A stretch of 64,000 nt of DNA, taken from assembly GCA_016285575.1 (NCBI GenBank), contig JAEEQX010000003.1, positions 781 to 64,780 of the forward strand, in the 5' to 3' direction. The translations under genes were made by a program, and so were the position numbers. How positions within the stretch are numbered: position 1 is the stretch's first letter; every line of letters starts with the position of its first letter. The notes under the pieces are model-generated. The model did not search any database, had not been told where the DNA came from, and saw only the letters and a list, made by a program, of their open reading frames with translations. The DNA is from Lachnospiraceae bacterium (GTDB lineage: Bacteria; Bacillota; Clostridia; Lachnospirales; Lachnospiraceae). Shown here one piece after another: positions 1 through 9,992 of the stretch.

Positions 1-110
1 GGAATGTTGTTCTTTTCTCCAAATTCTTCCCATAATTCTATTATTATTCTCTCGGAGTCAAATATAACTCCATCCATATCAAATATTACTGCTTTAGTTT
101 TGTCTGCCAT
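1..110 (-). CDS. HAD-family phosphatase, N-terminal part (runs off window start)
   Basis: Manual translation from ATG at 110: MADKTKAVIFDMDGVIFDSERIIIELWEEFGEKNNIP, containing HAD motif I (DxDGxxxDS). Confidence 0.85.
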   Translation of the reverse strand, partial: MADKTKAVIFDMDGVIFDSERIIIELWEEFGEKNNI

Positions 111-208
111 ACTAAACTTATATACTCTTTTTCTTTTAATTATATTATTTTATTGATTTATTGTTTATTCCTATATTTTTGTATCATAAAAATATTAATT
201 TTTTGTGA

Positions 209-673
209 TTATAAGTCATTCTCAAGAATATGGTTAAGGAGCCCCTCGCAACCCTCATGTATCTGATTGTAAGCCGTTACAAAATCTCCTGTATACCAAG
301 GATCATCAATCTGACAACCGGGTGTCTTGGAATAATCCATACATAAAGAAATCTTATCATCTCTTCCATCGAAGAATCTGTCCCTCATTATTCTATGATG
401 TATATTCTCCATAGCAATAATATAATCAAACTTCTCGTAATCGTCTTTTCTGACCTGACGAGCACGATGACCCTTACAATCTATGCCGTGGCTTCTAAGT
501 TCATCTCTTGCAGGAGGATATACAGGGTTTCCAAGTTCCTCTGTAGATGTGGCTGCTGACTCAACATATATCTTATCTTCAAGCCCACTTTTCTTAACCA
601 TATCTTTAAAAATATATTCACCCATCGGTGATCTGCATATATTGCCCCAGCAAACAAATAATACCTTTATCAT
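209..673 (-). CDS. Low-molecular-weight protein-tyrosine phosphatase
   Basis: P-loop VCWGNICRS (CX5R) and IDDPWY general-acid loop. Confidence 0.93.
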   Translation of the reverse strand: MIKVLFVCWGNICRSPMGEYIFKDMVKKSGLEDKIYVESAATSTEELGNPVYPPARDELRSHGIDCKGHRARQVRKDDYEKFDYIIAMENIHHRIMRDRFFDGRDDKISLCMDYSKTPGCQIDDPWYTGDFVTAYNQIHEGCEGLLNHILENDL

Positions 674-738
674 TAATCATTACCTTTTCTTTATATTTTC
701 ATATTATTCTATCATAAAAGAATCCTATCACATAGTAG

Positions 739-1158
739 TTATTTTTCTGCTTTGATTTTCTCCCAGCAATCACTGGCATGATACCATTCACAATCCCCAC
801 ATATTGCTTTTAATCGTTCATCTCCATCACCTGATAGTAGGTATTCATCCAGTCTTTTTATAAGTTCTTGATATGAAAAAATGCGCTCGTTTAAATCAAG
901 CGCATTAATAACACCTCTATCGAATCTAAGTACTTTTTCATCACTCTTACATACCCCATCAGATACTTTGTTGGGGCAAGCATTACATACACTGTCTGTT
1001 GAAAAAACTATCTCAACTTTTGCATCAGGATTATTTCTCAACTCTTCGACTATGCTATCCATATTGGAAACGAATTCATCCGAATAACCTGCTCCCGCAT
1101 ACGCCTGAGTACAGAGTAAATGATGTGGTCTTAGTTTTATTATTTCTTCTTTCATCAC
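739..1158 (-). CDS. DUF1284-family Cys/His-containing protein
   Basis: N-terminal LRPHHLLC motif, D-x-VCxxCP and CGDCEW motifs typical of the family. Confidence 0.75.
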   Translation of the reverse strand: MMKEEIIKLRPHHLLCTQAYAGAGYSDEFVSNMDSIVEELRNNPDAKVEIVFSTDSVCNACPNKVSDGVCKSDEKVLRFDRGVINALDLNERIFSYQELIKRLDEYLLSGDGDERLKAICGDCEWYHASDCWEKIKAEK

Positions 1159-1200
1159 ATTAGCCTATCAATTAGTATCATCATTGTGAGTTATGAATCA

Positions 1201-1788
1201 TTATGAGTTAGAAGAATCACCGAGCTTTAAAACAGGCTGTATTCTCTTGGCAATTATTACAGCAAGTGCCATCTTAATGAGATCAGGGATTATAAAAGGA
1301 AATACGCACCAACTTAGAACTGCGAGCATTCCTACCTCTCCACTGTCGCGAAGATAAATATGCATAAACCAAACTGATCCAAATGCATAGCAAATCATAA
1401 GTCCAATAACAAGCGCTAACACTTTAATGAAAATATTTTTCTTCTTGAACACTCTTGTAAATATACAGTATATAAGTCCAATAAAAATAAATCCAAGAAT
1501 GTATCCGCCGGTATTACCAAAAAGTATTCCTATTCCGGCACTAAATCCCGCAAATACAGGTACACCTATTGCACCAAGCAATATGTAAATAAGAATCGAG
1601 ATTGTTCCTCTCTCACCGCCAAGAAGCATTAATATAAAAAATACTGCAAATGTTTGAAGCGTAAAAGGAACTGCTGTAGGTATGTTTATCCAAGAGCATA
1701 TAGCTATTAAAACCGCGCCTATTGCAATATACGCCATATCCAAAACTTTTATTTTTTTCCCTGTCTTAACTGCTTTGTCACTGCTCAT
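1201..1788 (-). CDS. bioY: Biotin ECF transporter S component BioY
   Basis: VPFTLQTFAV and GxxxGNTGGYILGF motifs; next to birA and downstream of a BirA operator. Confidence 0.93.
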   Translation of the reverse strand: MSSDKAVKTGKKIKVLDMAYIAIGAVLIAICSWINIPTAVPFTLQTFAVFFILMLLGGERGTISILIYILLGAIGVPVFAGFSAGIGILFGNTGGYILGFIFIGLIYCIFTRVFKKKNIFIKVLALVIGLMICYAFGSVWFMHIYLRDSGEVGMLAVLSWCVFPFIIPDLIKMALAVIIAKRIQPVLKLGDSSNS

Positions 1789-1808
1789 AATTGAGTATCC
1801 TCCAAAAA

Positions 1809-1845
1809 ATATGCATTTAAGGATTATTAATCCCTAAATGCATAT
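1809..1845 (-). other. 17-bp-stem hairpin in the bioY leader, followed by a U-tract and the SD
   Basis: Minus strand ATATGCATTTAGGGATT-AAT-AATCCTTAAATGCATAT, then TTTTT and GGAGG; one G-U pair on the transcribed strand. Confidence 0.6.
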
Positions 1846-1848
1846 TAG

Positions 1849-1900
1849 AAGTTATCACAAAAAAATTTGATTGTCAACCATTTTTGCATTAAGGTTGACG
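1849..1900 (-). promoter_or_regulatory. bioY sigmaA promoter overlapped by a BirA operator
   Basis: TTGACA (1877-1872), 17 nt, TGn-TAACTT (1854-1849); palindrome TGTCAAC-N15-GTTGACG (1872-1900) matches the TGTtAAC-N14-16-GTTaACA BirA consensus. Confidence 0.8.
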
Positions 1901-2689
1901 ATTTGTTATGTTCTCAATTATCTTCGCTATAAGCATATTTTTTGTAATAGTTGCTTTGCCGGTATCAAACAAACTGGACGCTCTCTTTTTGACATCCTTG
2001 GGAAACTTGCTTATATCAGAGTCAAAGTTAATACCTATCCCGGCGACAATCCACTGTAAAGTGTTACTGTCAAATTCACTTCCTGACTCAAGAAGAATAC
2101 CGCATATTTTTTTGCCGTCAACATACAGGTCATTAATACCGTCTATATAAGGTTCAATACCTGTGAGTTCATTTATAGCGTCTATAACAACATTACCAAC
2201 AAATGAGGTGACAACATTACTGTCAGTATTGCGAAGCATCTCAGGCTTTAAGATTATGCTCATGTAAAGCCCGCCTTTGGGAGAAAAGAAAGAATGATGC
2301 TTCCTGCCTCTTCCCTCACTCTGTGTTATTGCAACAACGGCAGTACCATGATCATACCCTTTCATGGCAAGTTCCTTTGCCTTGTCACTCGTAGAATTTA
2401 AACTGTCAAAAACCAATATATTAAGATTCTTGGTATTCTCAGATAAGTATACTCTTATACCCTCGGCAGATATAATATCGGTATCGGCATTAAGCTTGTA
2501 ACCCTTATTGCTGATTGCTTCTATCTCATAGCCCTTTTCACGAAGATCTTTTATGGCTTTCCATACGGCATTTCTTGAGACACCGCACTGACTCGCCATA
2601 TCTTCGCCTGAAATATAGCTATCTTTATTGGATTCTAATATATACAATATTTTTTCGGATGTATTCATATCCTTAATATCTGTCTCCAA
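1889..2689 (-). CDS. birA: BirA-like biotin ligase/repressor (HTH + catalytic domain, C-terminal domain absent)
   Basis: N-terminal HTH (ISGEDMA..VSRNAVWKAI), QSEGRGR, GGLYMS, KICGILLE; only 266 aa; start codon uncertain (TTG 2689 or ATG 2668). Confidence 0.85.
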   Translation of the reverse strand: METDIKDMNTSEKILYILESNKDSYISGEDMASQCGVSRNAVWKAIKDLREKGYEIEAISNKGYKLNADTDIISAEGIRVYLSENTKNLNILVFDSLNSTSDKAKELAMKGYDHGTAVVAITQSEGRGRKHHSFFSPKGGLYMSIILKPEMLRNTDSNVVTSFVGNVVIDAINELTGIEPYIDGINDLYVDGKKICGILLESGSEFDSNTLQWIVAGIGINFDSDISKFPKDVKKRASSLFDTGKATITKNMLIAKIIENITNRQP

Positions 2690-2707
2690 CTGTCAGGCTA
2701 ACAATCT

Positions 2708-3736
2708 CTATTCATGCATGGTATACTCAGTATCTTCTGCAATCATATCAAGCATGATGCGCGCAAATTTCTCATCAAACTGAGTACCCATTCCCTTTAA
2801 AATCTCACTCTTAACATGATCTTGAGGGATTATATCTCTATAGCTTCTGTGGCTGGTCATAGCATCATAAGCATCAGCTACAGCTATAATTCTGGCTTCC
2901 TCGGGAATATCTTCACCCTTTAATCCATCAGGATATCCTGTTCCGTCAAAACGTTCATGATGCCATCTTGCACCTGTAACAAGCTTTGGCATCTCACTGA
3001 CGGTTGCAAGAATCTCTGCGCCCTTCATAGGATGCTTTTTAATCATACCGAATTCTTCATCAGTAAGTCTTCCGGGCTTATTGATAACTGTATCGGGAAC
3101 GCCGATTTTTCCAACATCATGTAAAAGACCTATCATGTAAATCTCTTCTTGTCTGGCTTCATCGTAACCGTATCTTTTAGCTATTTCCCTGGAATACTCT
3201 GCCACTCTTTCCGAATGACCATTGGTATATGCATCCTTAGCGTCTATTGTTTTTGCAAGAGTCTGAACTACATGCAAAGATAAACTTTCAAGTTCTGAAG
3301 TCTTTTTTTGTACCTCGCCCTGAAGGTCTTTTTGAAGCAAAAGCAAATCAAGAATATTTCTAACTCTAATCTTTAATACTTCTGATGAAAAAGGCTTTTT
3401 AATAAAATCTATTGCGCCAAGAGTAAGACCCTTAGCTTCGGATTCTGCATCTTCATTTGCAGTAAGGAATATAACAGGAACTGCTTCTTTTGAATTTTCT
3501 ACTTCCCATTCTCTTAGTGCTTGGATAGTCTCAAATCCATCCATTTCAGGCATTCTTATATCAAGTAAAAGAATGTCTATAGGATTCATCTTGATATAAT
3601 CCATCAAAAGCTTGCCATTCTTCAAACATGTAACCTTAAAGCCAGCTTCAGCGAGTGTCATATTAGCTTGCTTAAGTATAATTGCGTCATCATCGACAAC
3701 AACTACTCTCTCATTCATATTCATCCTCTCGTTCAA
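2708..3736 (-). CDS. Response regulator with HD-GYP c-di-GMP phosphodiesterase domain
   Basis: REC (VVDDD, LLLDIRMP) plus LLHDVGK and HHERFDGTGYP motifs. Confidence 0.92.
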   Translation of the reverse strand: MNERMNMNERVVVVDDDAIILKQANMTLAEAGFKVTCLKNGKLLMDYIKMNPIDILLLDIRMPEMDGFETIQALREWEVENSKEAVPVIFLTANEDAESEAKGLTLGAIDFIKKPFSSEVLKIRVRNILDLLLLQKDLQGEVQKKTSELESLSLHVVQTLAKTIDAKDAYTNGHSERVAEYSREIAKRYGYDEARQEEIYMIGLLHDVGKIGVPDTVINKPGRLTDEEFGMIKKHPMKGAEILATVSEMPKLVTGARWHHERFDGTGYPDGLKGEDIPEEARIIAVADAYDAMTSHRSYRDIIPQDHVKSEILKGMGTQFDEKFARIMLDMIAEDTEYTMHE

Positions 3737-3754
3737 ACAAATGAACTTAAATCA

Positions 3755-4528
3755 TTAATTAAGATAATCCCACTTATTACTTAAAAAGAAATTATCGATG
3801 GCAGATATTATATCGTCCCTGCTCATTGTTTTTAAAAGATATCCTTGCGGTTTAAGTTTCATAACACGCATGATACTCTCTCTGTCAGACTTACCTGTCA
3901 AAAAGATAATAGGTATTTCCGAAGAATCAAATTCGCTACGTATCATCTCCATAACCTGAGGTCCGGGAGTAATAGGCATATCGTAATCAAGCAAGATTAA
4001 ATCAGGCTTATGATTAGCTATATATGTAATAGCCTGCATTCCTGACTTAACCGCAGTAATACGATATTTATCGGAAAGCCAGCCCTGAAGCATCTTAAGG
4101 AAAGTAGGATCATCATCAACCAAAAGAATACGCTTACCGAGTCTATTCTCATATGCCACTTCCGCAACCGAAAGCAATTCTTCTGTTACATACTTAGCAT
4201 CAAAAGGACGCTTAAATATACGATGTATGCGATCTTCAGGAATATACTTTTTAATCTCAGCTATTTCCTGATCATAACCGATTACGCAAAGAGGAATATC
4301 ATCATCAGAAATGATGTCTTTTATATATACAAGTGCATCCACTGAATTATATACGTAATCATCCGCCATCAAAAGGACTATGTCGCAATCCGCTCTTCCA
4401 TCCTCGATGCTTTTTACAGCGGGTTCAGCAAAATCTGTTATAAATCCTGCCTTCTTAAGATTAGCATCAAGTGCATCAACCATGAAGCCTGCTCCACGGC
4501 TTATAATCAGTATTTTATCCGTTGTCAT
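3755..4528 (-). CDS. Tandem receiver protein (degenerate N-terminal REC + canonical C-terminal REC), no output domain
   Basis: C-terminal RILLVDDD..LILLDYDMP..FLT..KP; N-terminal REC-like region lacks the acidic pocket. Confidence 0.8.
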   Translation of the reverse strand: MTTDKILIISRGAGFMVDALDANLKKAGFITDFAEPAVKSIEDGRADCDIVLLMADDYVYNSVDALVYIKDIISDDDIPLCVIGYDQEIAEIKKYIPEDRIHRIFKRPFDAKYVTEELLSVAEVAYENRLGKRILLVDDDPTFLKMLQGWLSDKYRITAVKSGMQAITYIANHKPDLILLDYDMPITPGPQVMEMIRSEFDSSEIPIIFLTGKSDRESIMRVMKLKPQGYLLKTMSRDDIISAIDNFFLSNKWDYLN

Positions 4529-4530
4529 CT

Positions 4531-7350
4531 CTATCCTACTTCTCCGGCAATTATTCCCGGTATCAATTCATAATCATAATTATCCACGGCTTTTATTATT
4601 GCGTCAAGGCGAGTTGCCTCATCTTCAGGAAATCTATATCCTTTTAATGATTCAACTATATTGACTATGCTGTCAAAATCAAGGCTTGAATAAAACTCAG
4701 AAATTGCAGTATACGCTTCACTTAATTCTTCTGGTGTAATGAGTGGACGAGCATCATTTTCAGCTAAGTCTCCCTCTTCATTAAGAGGTTCCAAATCCTT
4801 AGCCAATTTTCTGTATTCATGAAGAAGATCTGAAAGTTCTGCATCAAGTGTTTCGGTATCACCCTGGTCTCCGGCCTTTTCAAGTCTGGCTGCAAATTCA
4901 CCAAGTTTAAGTGCACCAATAACACGTGAAGTACTCTTTAAAGCATGAACTTTAATTGTAGTATTTTTGACATCTCTGGCAGCCCAGTAATTCTCGATAT
5001 CATCAGCGTTTTTCTCTGCAGTATCCAGATACATCTTAAGAGTAGCCAAATAAGACTCCCCATTACCGCAGTGTGCCAAGCCTGAACTAACATCAATCTC
5101 ACCAAGGTGGAAGATAAAGTCAGGAAGTATATAATCGTAGTTCTCATCGTCACTGGATGCAGGTGCAATCTTACCCTTAGGAAGATATTTTAGAAGCATC
5201 GCCTCAAGTCTGTCAGGGCTAATAGGCTTGGTAATATAATCATCGAATCCTGCATTAATATACATCTCACGCATACCTGATATGGCATTGGCTGTAAGGC
5301 ATATAACAGGCGTTGAATCATTGGGCGAATCCTTAATTCCACGCATCTCAGCGAGAGTTTCGATACCATCCTTATCAGGCATCATATGATCCAAAAAGAT
5401 TACATCATAATGCTTGTTTTTATACAACTGAATAGCTTCATCGCCACTCTCTGCCGTATCAATCTGCATCTTGGTTCTGCTCAAAAGAGAAGAGAATACG
5501 GTAAGATTAACAGCTATATCATCAACAACCAATACTTTGGCATATGGAGCTGTAAACTTTTCATGGTAATTACTTCTTTCACTGATTGCCCGCTTGAACG
5601 CTTCCTCATAATCTCCGACAGGATCCCAATTGACAACTTTTTGTTCAAGATTAAAAGAAAAAGTTGAGCCCTCTCCATAGACACTCTCTACATTAAGCTG
5701 ACTGCCCATCATAACAAGGAAACTCTGAGCAATCGACATACCGAGGCCGGTTCCTTCGATGTTACGATTCCTTTTTTCTTCAATACGCTCAAACGCCTTG
5801 AAAAGACGTTTCATATCCTCAGTTTTAATACCAATACCGGTATCTGCAACACTAATCTTTAAAATAATTGAATCAGGTTTTTCCTCAATCCTTTCATATC
5901 CTACCGAAAATGTAATGCTGCCTTCTTTGGTGTATTTTACAGCGTTGGAAAGGATATTGGTAATAACCTGTTTGATTCTTATTTCATCACCATGGAGTAT
6001 TGAAGGAATATCATTATCTATATCCATGTTAAAAGCAAGACCCTTGTCTTTTGCTTTGTTTTGAACCATGTTTACAAGATCGTTTATTGCGGATACGAAA
6101 CTATAATCCACATTTACAATCTCCATCTTGCCGGCTTCTATCTTTGAAAAATCCAAAATATCATTAATCAATCCAAGCAGTGTATTACCAGCTGTCTTTA
6201 TGTTTTCAGAATAACCGATAACCGTCTCATCATTGCTGTCTCTAAGCACCATTTCATTAAGTCCTAAAATGGCGTTCATCGGAGTACGAATATCATGTGA
6301 CATCGTAGACAAAAAATACGACTTCGCATCATTCGCCTGATTAGCCTGTTGCGCTGTATCTAAGAGCTTGCGATTAAATGTCATAAGTACGACAAAATTG
6401 TATATAAGAAGAACTATCAGACTGACAGATACTACGCCCAACAAAATCCAGTCAACAACACGACTTTTTACAAGATCTTTTTTAGGTATGTAAGATATGA
6501 GATACCAACCGTTCAAAGACTCAAGAGGAGAATATGATATCATGCATTCCTCACCTTTTGAGTTAAGAATCGTCATCGAGCCGACACCGCCGATCACTTC
6601 ATTTTTTACACGTTCATATTCTTCAATTGAAACCTTGTTATATGATTTGTAATATTCAAAGAAATTGCTGTTTTTAAGGGATTTTCCGTGAATGACATAG
6701 TCACCGTCTTTATCAATAAGACTGACTTCGATACTCTCATACTCGCCCTTTAAAAATACGAGTTTCTCCTCAAGCAGACTTAGCGGAACCACTCTCATCA
6801 AAAGAGCCGTCTTTAATTCTCCCGTATTCGAATCAAGCACTTTAACATAGTTCATAAATGCTATGGACTGAATTCCGTTTAGGGGATTAGTGTAAGCTCT
6901 AGTAAGATTAACAACACCTACATCATCGCTTACGCTGTCGAGATTATCGAAGATGGTGATATTTTTATATGATACAAAATAATTATCGGGAGAATTGGGA
7001 TTGGCAGTAGTTGAAATGCCGGATAGCTTTTTATCATCCAGGAAAATAAGATGAGCGGATATTTCCGGAGATGTCATGGCTTTTCTGATAAAAGAGATGG
7101 CTTCTTCTTCGGTCATGGGAGTTCCGCTCTCTGCAGATCGGTTGACATAATTCGACCAAATATCGCATAAATGCTGCTCATCTTCAAGATAATTGGCTAT
7201 AATCTGACTAACCGTAACGGTCGTCTTTTCATACGCAGCAATATAGTTTTGATTGTTCTCTTCCACCTTTGAATTCGTATATTGGACGGTAAAAAACAAT
7301 ACGAATCCAATAATTATAACATTGGGAATAATGACCAGTGCTTTTTTCAC
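4531..7350 (-). CDS. Hybrid sensor histidine kinase (2 TM, extracellular sensor, HisKA, HATPase, REC, Hpt)
   Basis: SHDIRTPMN H-box, NILSNAVKYT, DTGIGI, GTGLGM, VIFLDHMMP, Hpt VHALKSTS. Confidence 0.95.
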   Translation of the reverse strand: MKKALVIIPNVIIIGFVLFFTVQYTNSKVEENNQNYIAAYEKTTVTVSQIIANYLEDEQHLCDIWSNYVNRSAESGTPMTEEEAISFIRKAMTSPEISAHLIFLDDKKLSGISTTANPNSPDNYFVSYKNITIFDNLDSVSDDVGVVNLTRAYTNPLNGIQSIAFMNYVKVLDSNTGELKTALLMRVVPLSLLEEKLVFLKGEYESIEVSLIDKDGDYVIHGKSLKNSNFFEYYKSYNKVSIEEYERVKNEVIGGVGSMTILNSKGEECMISYSPLESLNGWYLISYIPKKDLVKSRVVDWILLGVVSVSLIVLLIYNFVVLMTFNRKLLDTAQQANQANDAKSYFLSTMSHDIRTPMNAILGLNEMVLRDSNDETVIGYSENIKTAGNTLLGLINDILDFSKIEAGKMEIVNVDYSFVSAINDLVNMVQNKAKDKGLAFNMDIDNDIPSILHGDEIRIKQVITNILSNAVKYTKEGSITFSVGYERIEEKPDSIILKISVADTGIGIKTEDMKRLFKAFERIEEKRNRNIEGTGLGMSIAQSFLVMMGSQLNVESVYGEGSTFSFNLEQKVVNWDPVGDYEEAFKRAISERSNYHEKFTAPYAKVLVVDDIAVNLTVFSSLLSRTKMQIDTAESGDEAIQLYKNKHYDVIFLDHMMPDKDGIETLAEMRGIKDSPNDSTPVICLTANAISGMREMYINAGFDDYITKPISPDRLEAMLLKYLPKGKIAPASSDDENYDYILPDFIFHLGEIDVSSGLAHCGNGESYLATLKMYLDTAEKNADDIENYWAARDVKNTTIKVHALKSTSRVIGALKLGEFAARLEKAGDQGDTETLDAELSDLLHEYRKLAKDLEPLNEEGDLAENDARPLITPEELSEAYTAISEFYSSLDFDSIVNIVESLKGYRFPEDEATRLDAIIKAVDNYDYELIPGIIAGEVG

Positions 7351-7368
7351 ACGACTCCCTCCGAGTGT

Positions 7369-8658
7369 TTACTCAAAAGTTCCGTACTTAGCGACGGCAT
7401 CATCGATGGTTAATTCTCCTTTTCCTACACCATATGCCGCATATCTAATCTGTACTGTAAGTTCATCTTTAATGCCCAGAACTTCAGGAGAAATAATACG
7501 ATCCTTAGGCACTTGGCTAAAAGGTGAATAAACCGAATCAACGGATAAATCAATGGTCGGCGAAATCAAGCGCTTGGCTGATGCAATCTCACTAAGTTCC
7601 TTATTGCTAATCAAGAATCTCATAAACTCATTAGTCATATCCAAGTTATCGCAATCTTTATTAACTGAAAACTCTACAGAAGGGCTGTCTATAAAATATC
7701 CGCCATCCTCTGTCAGAGGAATCGGCATAAAAGAATACGCAAACGGAGCCTGTGTGAATGCTTCTGACTGGCTCTCTCTTTTTCTTGTACCTGATACTGT
7801 ATCGCCCGCACATATCATCATCGGAACATCGCCTTCAAAGAACCTAAGAATAACCTGCGTGTAGTTATCCTCAATCTTATCGCACTCTGTAATATCAATA
7901 CATCCATGATCTATCATCTCTTCAACTGTTTCGAGAGCAGGACGCATGTATTCTCCCGCAGAGGGATCAAGATTATTGGCAAGTTTAAGAGCATCAGGAT
8001 TCTCGGAAAGAGTCGCAACAAACTTGGGGTAAGCCACTGTATACATAAAGCAGCTGGATGAATCATGACTATATCCCATCATAGGACTGTCATAACCTTT
8101 ACTCTTGAACTCATCACAAGCATTCATAAGTTCAGTCCAAGTAGCAGGAACTTTTATACCCTCTTTTTTGAACAAATCTTCGTTAACCAACATTCCATAG
8201 CTTCTGGAAAAAACAGGAAGCATCAATGTACGACCTTCTGCGTCATGATTGATAAGGCCGGGACGAATGCAATTAAGATCCAAGCCTAACTTAGTATCCG
8301 ATAAATCTTCGGTATGAGCAATAACGGAGTCGTACTTCTCATTGCCGATCATCCATGTATACGAAAAGAAAATATTGGGTTTATCATTACCATCAAGAAC
8401 AGTTCCAAGAACATTGTTATAATCATCAAGTTTCTTGTAACTTAGCTGAACATTAGGATATATCTCGTTGAATCTGTCGAATTCTGCTTCCAATGCTTCA
8501 AAGTTATCATAGTTTCCAACAACTGTAATATCGCAAGCTGTATCTTTATCAAGAGACGGAGCAAATTCCCCGTTATTGGCTACCGGCTTGTTGTTGTCAC
8601 AAGCAGTCATTGATAATGCAGTACATACGACTAAAGCAGATGCAATCACTTTTTTCAT
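7369..8658 (-). CDS. Extracellular solute-binding lipoprotein (family 1, carbohydrate-type)
   Basis: Signal peptide with lipobox LSMTAC; YGMLVNEDLFKKEGIKVPATWTEL segment; start set at ATG 8658 from SD AAGGAGGG. Confidence 0.85.
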   Translation of the reverse strand: MKKVIASALVVCTALSMTACDNNKPVANNGEFAPSLDKDTACDITVVGNYDNFEALEAEFDRFNEIYPNVQLSYKKLDDYNNVLGTVLDGNDKPNIFFSYTWMIGNEKYDSVIAHTEDLSDTKLGLDLNCIRPGLINHDAEGRTLMLPVFSRSYGMLVNEDLFKKEGIKVPATWTELMNACDEFKSKGYDSPMMGYSHDSSSCFMYTVAYPKFVATLSENPDALKLANNLDPSAGEYMRPALETVEEMIDHGCIDITECDKIEDNYTQVILRFFEGDVPMMICAGDTVSGTRKRESQSEAFTQAPFAYSFMPIPLTEDGGYFIDSPSVEFSVNKDCDNLDMTNEFMRFLISNKELSEIASAKRLISPTIDLSVDSVYSPFSQVPKDRIISPEVLGIKDELTVQIRYAAYGVGKGELTIDDAVAKYGTFE

Positions 8659-8700
8659 TCTCTCATTCCCTCCTTGATTGAAATACTTACTTAACAATCA

Positions 8701-8733
8701 AAAAACACGCATTAATTATACAAAATTAATGCG
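8701..8733 (-). terminator. Probable intrinsic terminator
   Basis: CGCATTAATT / AATTAATGCG stem followed by GTTTTT on the minus strand. Confidence 0.6.
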
Positions 8734-8772
8734 CATTCTTCAATGGATGCAATCAATATTCATAATGCTCTT

Positions 8773-9645
8773 CTAAGGATTATCAATATCCAAGTATTTC
8801 TTAACTTTCTCAATAGCTTTTATATTCTCATCAGTATATGGATAAAAGATAATACCTGTATGTGCTACGGGCCCGTAAAGCATAAGTTCATGTTCCACAT
8901 TACGCTCATTGAGAACGTTATCAAATTGAAAAGTCATCTTGCGTAGCACATCTTTTTTGTTAGTCAATAACGCGAACTTCGGTAGCCGAGCAATTGATTC
9001 GTTTTGATTGAAAACAAGATATTTATATCTCTTATCTTTTTTATATCCCTTAGAGAATATCATGCCTCGCATTCCCCAATAAGGAATGGTACCCTTATAA
9101 AAATGCAAAAGACCGCAATCTGTGATTACGCCCTTGTAGTTATAATCTCTCTCTTTTATTCCATAATCAGCGCGCATATCGGAATCAAGGCAAAGCAGAG
9201 CTTCGCTAACAGCCAAAACCGCACCGGATGAATGTCCTGCCACATATAAGCTAGATGTATCACCTTCGTAATCATCTGCGTGTTCAAGCACGCATCTGAC
9301 AGCGCAATCAATATCCATAATCTGATCAAATACGCTGCATTTAGGATATGCCAATCTAACATTAAGCTCAAACACAGTAAACCCATAATGCGCCATGTAG
9401 TTTCCAAACATCCTGTTCATTGATTTATCTTCTGTGATAAATCCACCGCCATGGATATCAATGAGTATGGGCTTCTTGACACCATCTTTTCGATAGAAAA
9501 CATCATACGTATGTCCGGAAGAATTGTCATCAATATAAGGCACATCGAAAACTTCTGTGACATCGTTATGAAGGCGCGATGTATCTATCTTAGCAACGTC
9601 AGCCTGTAATATCTTATCTCTTATTTTTTCAAGTATAAAACCCAT
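8773..9645 (-). CDS. Alpha/beta hydrolase (HSL-type esterase/lipase)
   Basis: HGGGF oxyanion motif, GHSSG nucleophile elbow, C-terminal His. Confidence 0.9.
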   Translation of the reverse strand: MGFILEKIRDKILQADVAKIDTSRLHNDVTEVFDVPYIDDNSSGHTYDVFYRKDGVKKPILIDIHGGGFITEDKSMNRMFGNYMAHYGFTVFELNVRLAYPKCSVFDQIMDIDCAVRCVLEHADDYEGDTSSLYVAGHSSGAVLAVSEALLCLDSDMRADYGIKERDYNYKGVITDCGLLHFYKGTIPYWGMRGMIFSKGYKKDKRYKYLVFNQNESIARLPKFALLTNKKDVLRKMTFQFDNVLNERNVEHELMLYGPVAHTGIIFYPYTDENIKAIEKVKKYLDIDNP

Positions 9646-9915
9646 ACGCAGACATTCCTTTTGCTAAAAGCTATTGTGCAGCCTTAAAAGTAATCTCGAA
9701 CTCTATTGATTCGCCCTTAATCGCCTTGGCATTAATAGTACCACTTCATATATTCATTCCCCTTACTCAACACTAGTATTTTACCATATTCTATTTATTC
9801 TCTCTATGTTTTTCTCCCATGCCATTCTTTTTATCTTTATCTGTAAACTCTGGTAATAATATAAAATATTTACCTTAAACGAACCTTAAAGTCTTTTAAG
9901 TTTCAAAAAATATGT

Positions 9916-9946
9916 AAAAAAAGACGCTCCCTTACGGAAACGTCTT
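9916..9946 (-). terminator. Intrinsic terminator after dtxR-1
   Basis: Minus AAGACGTTTCC-GTAA-GGGAGCGTCTT followed by a T run. Confidence 0.8.
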
Positions 9947-9992
9947 AATTATTTTGATTATAACAAACAATATTTATATAAATACTTAAAAC

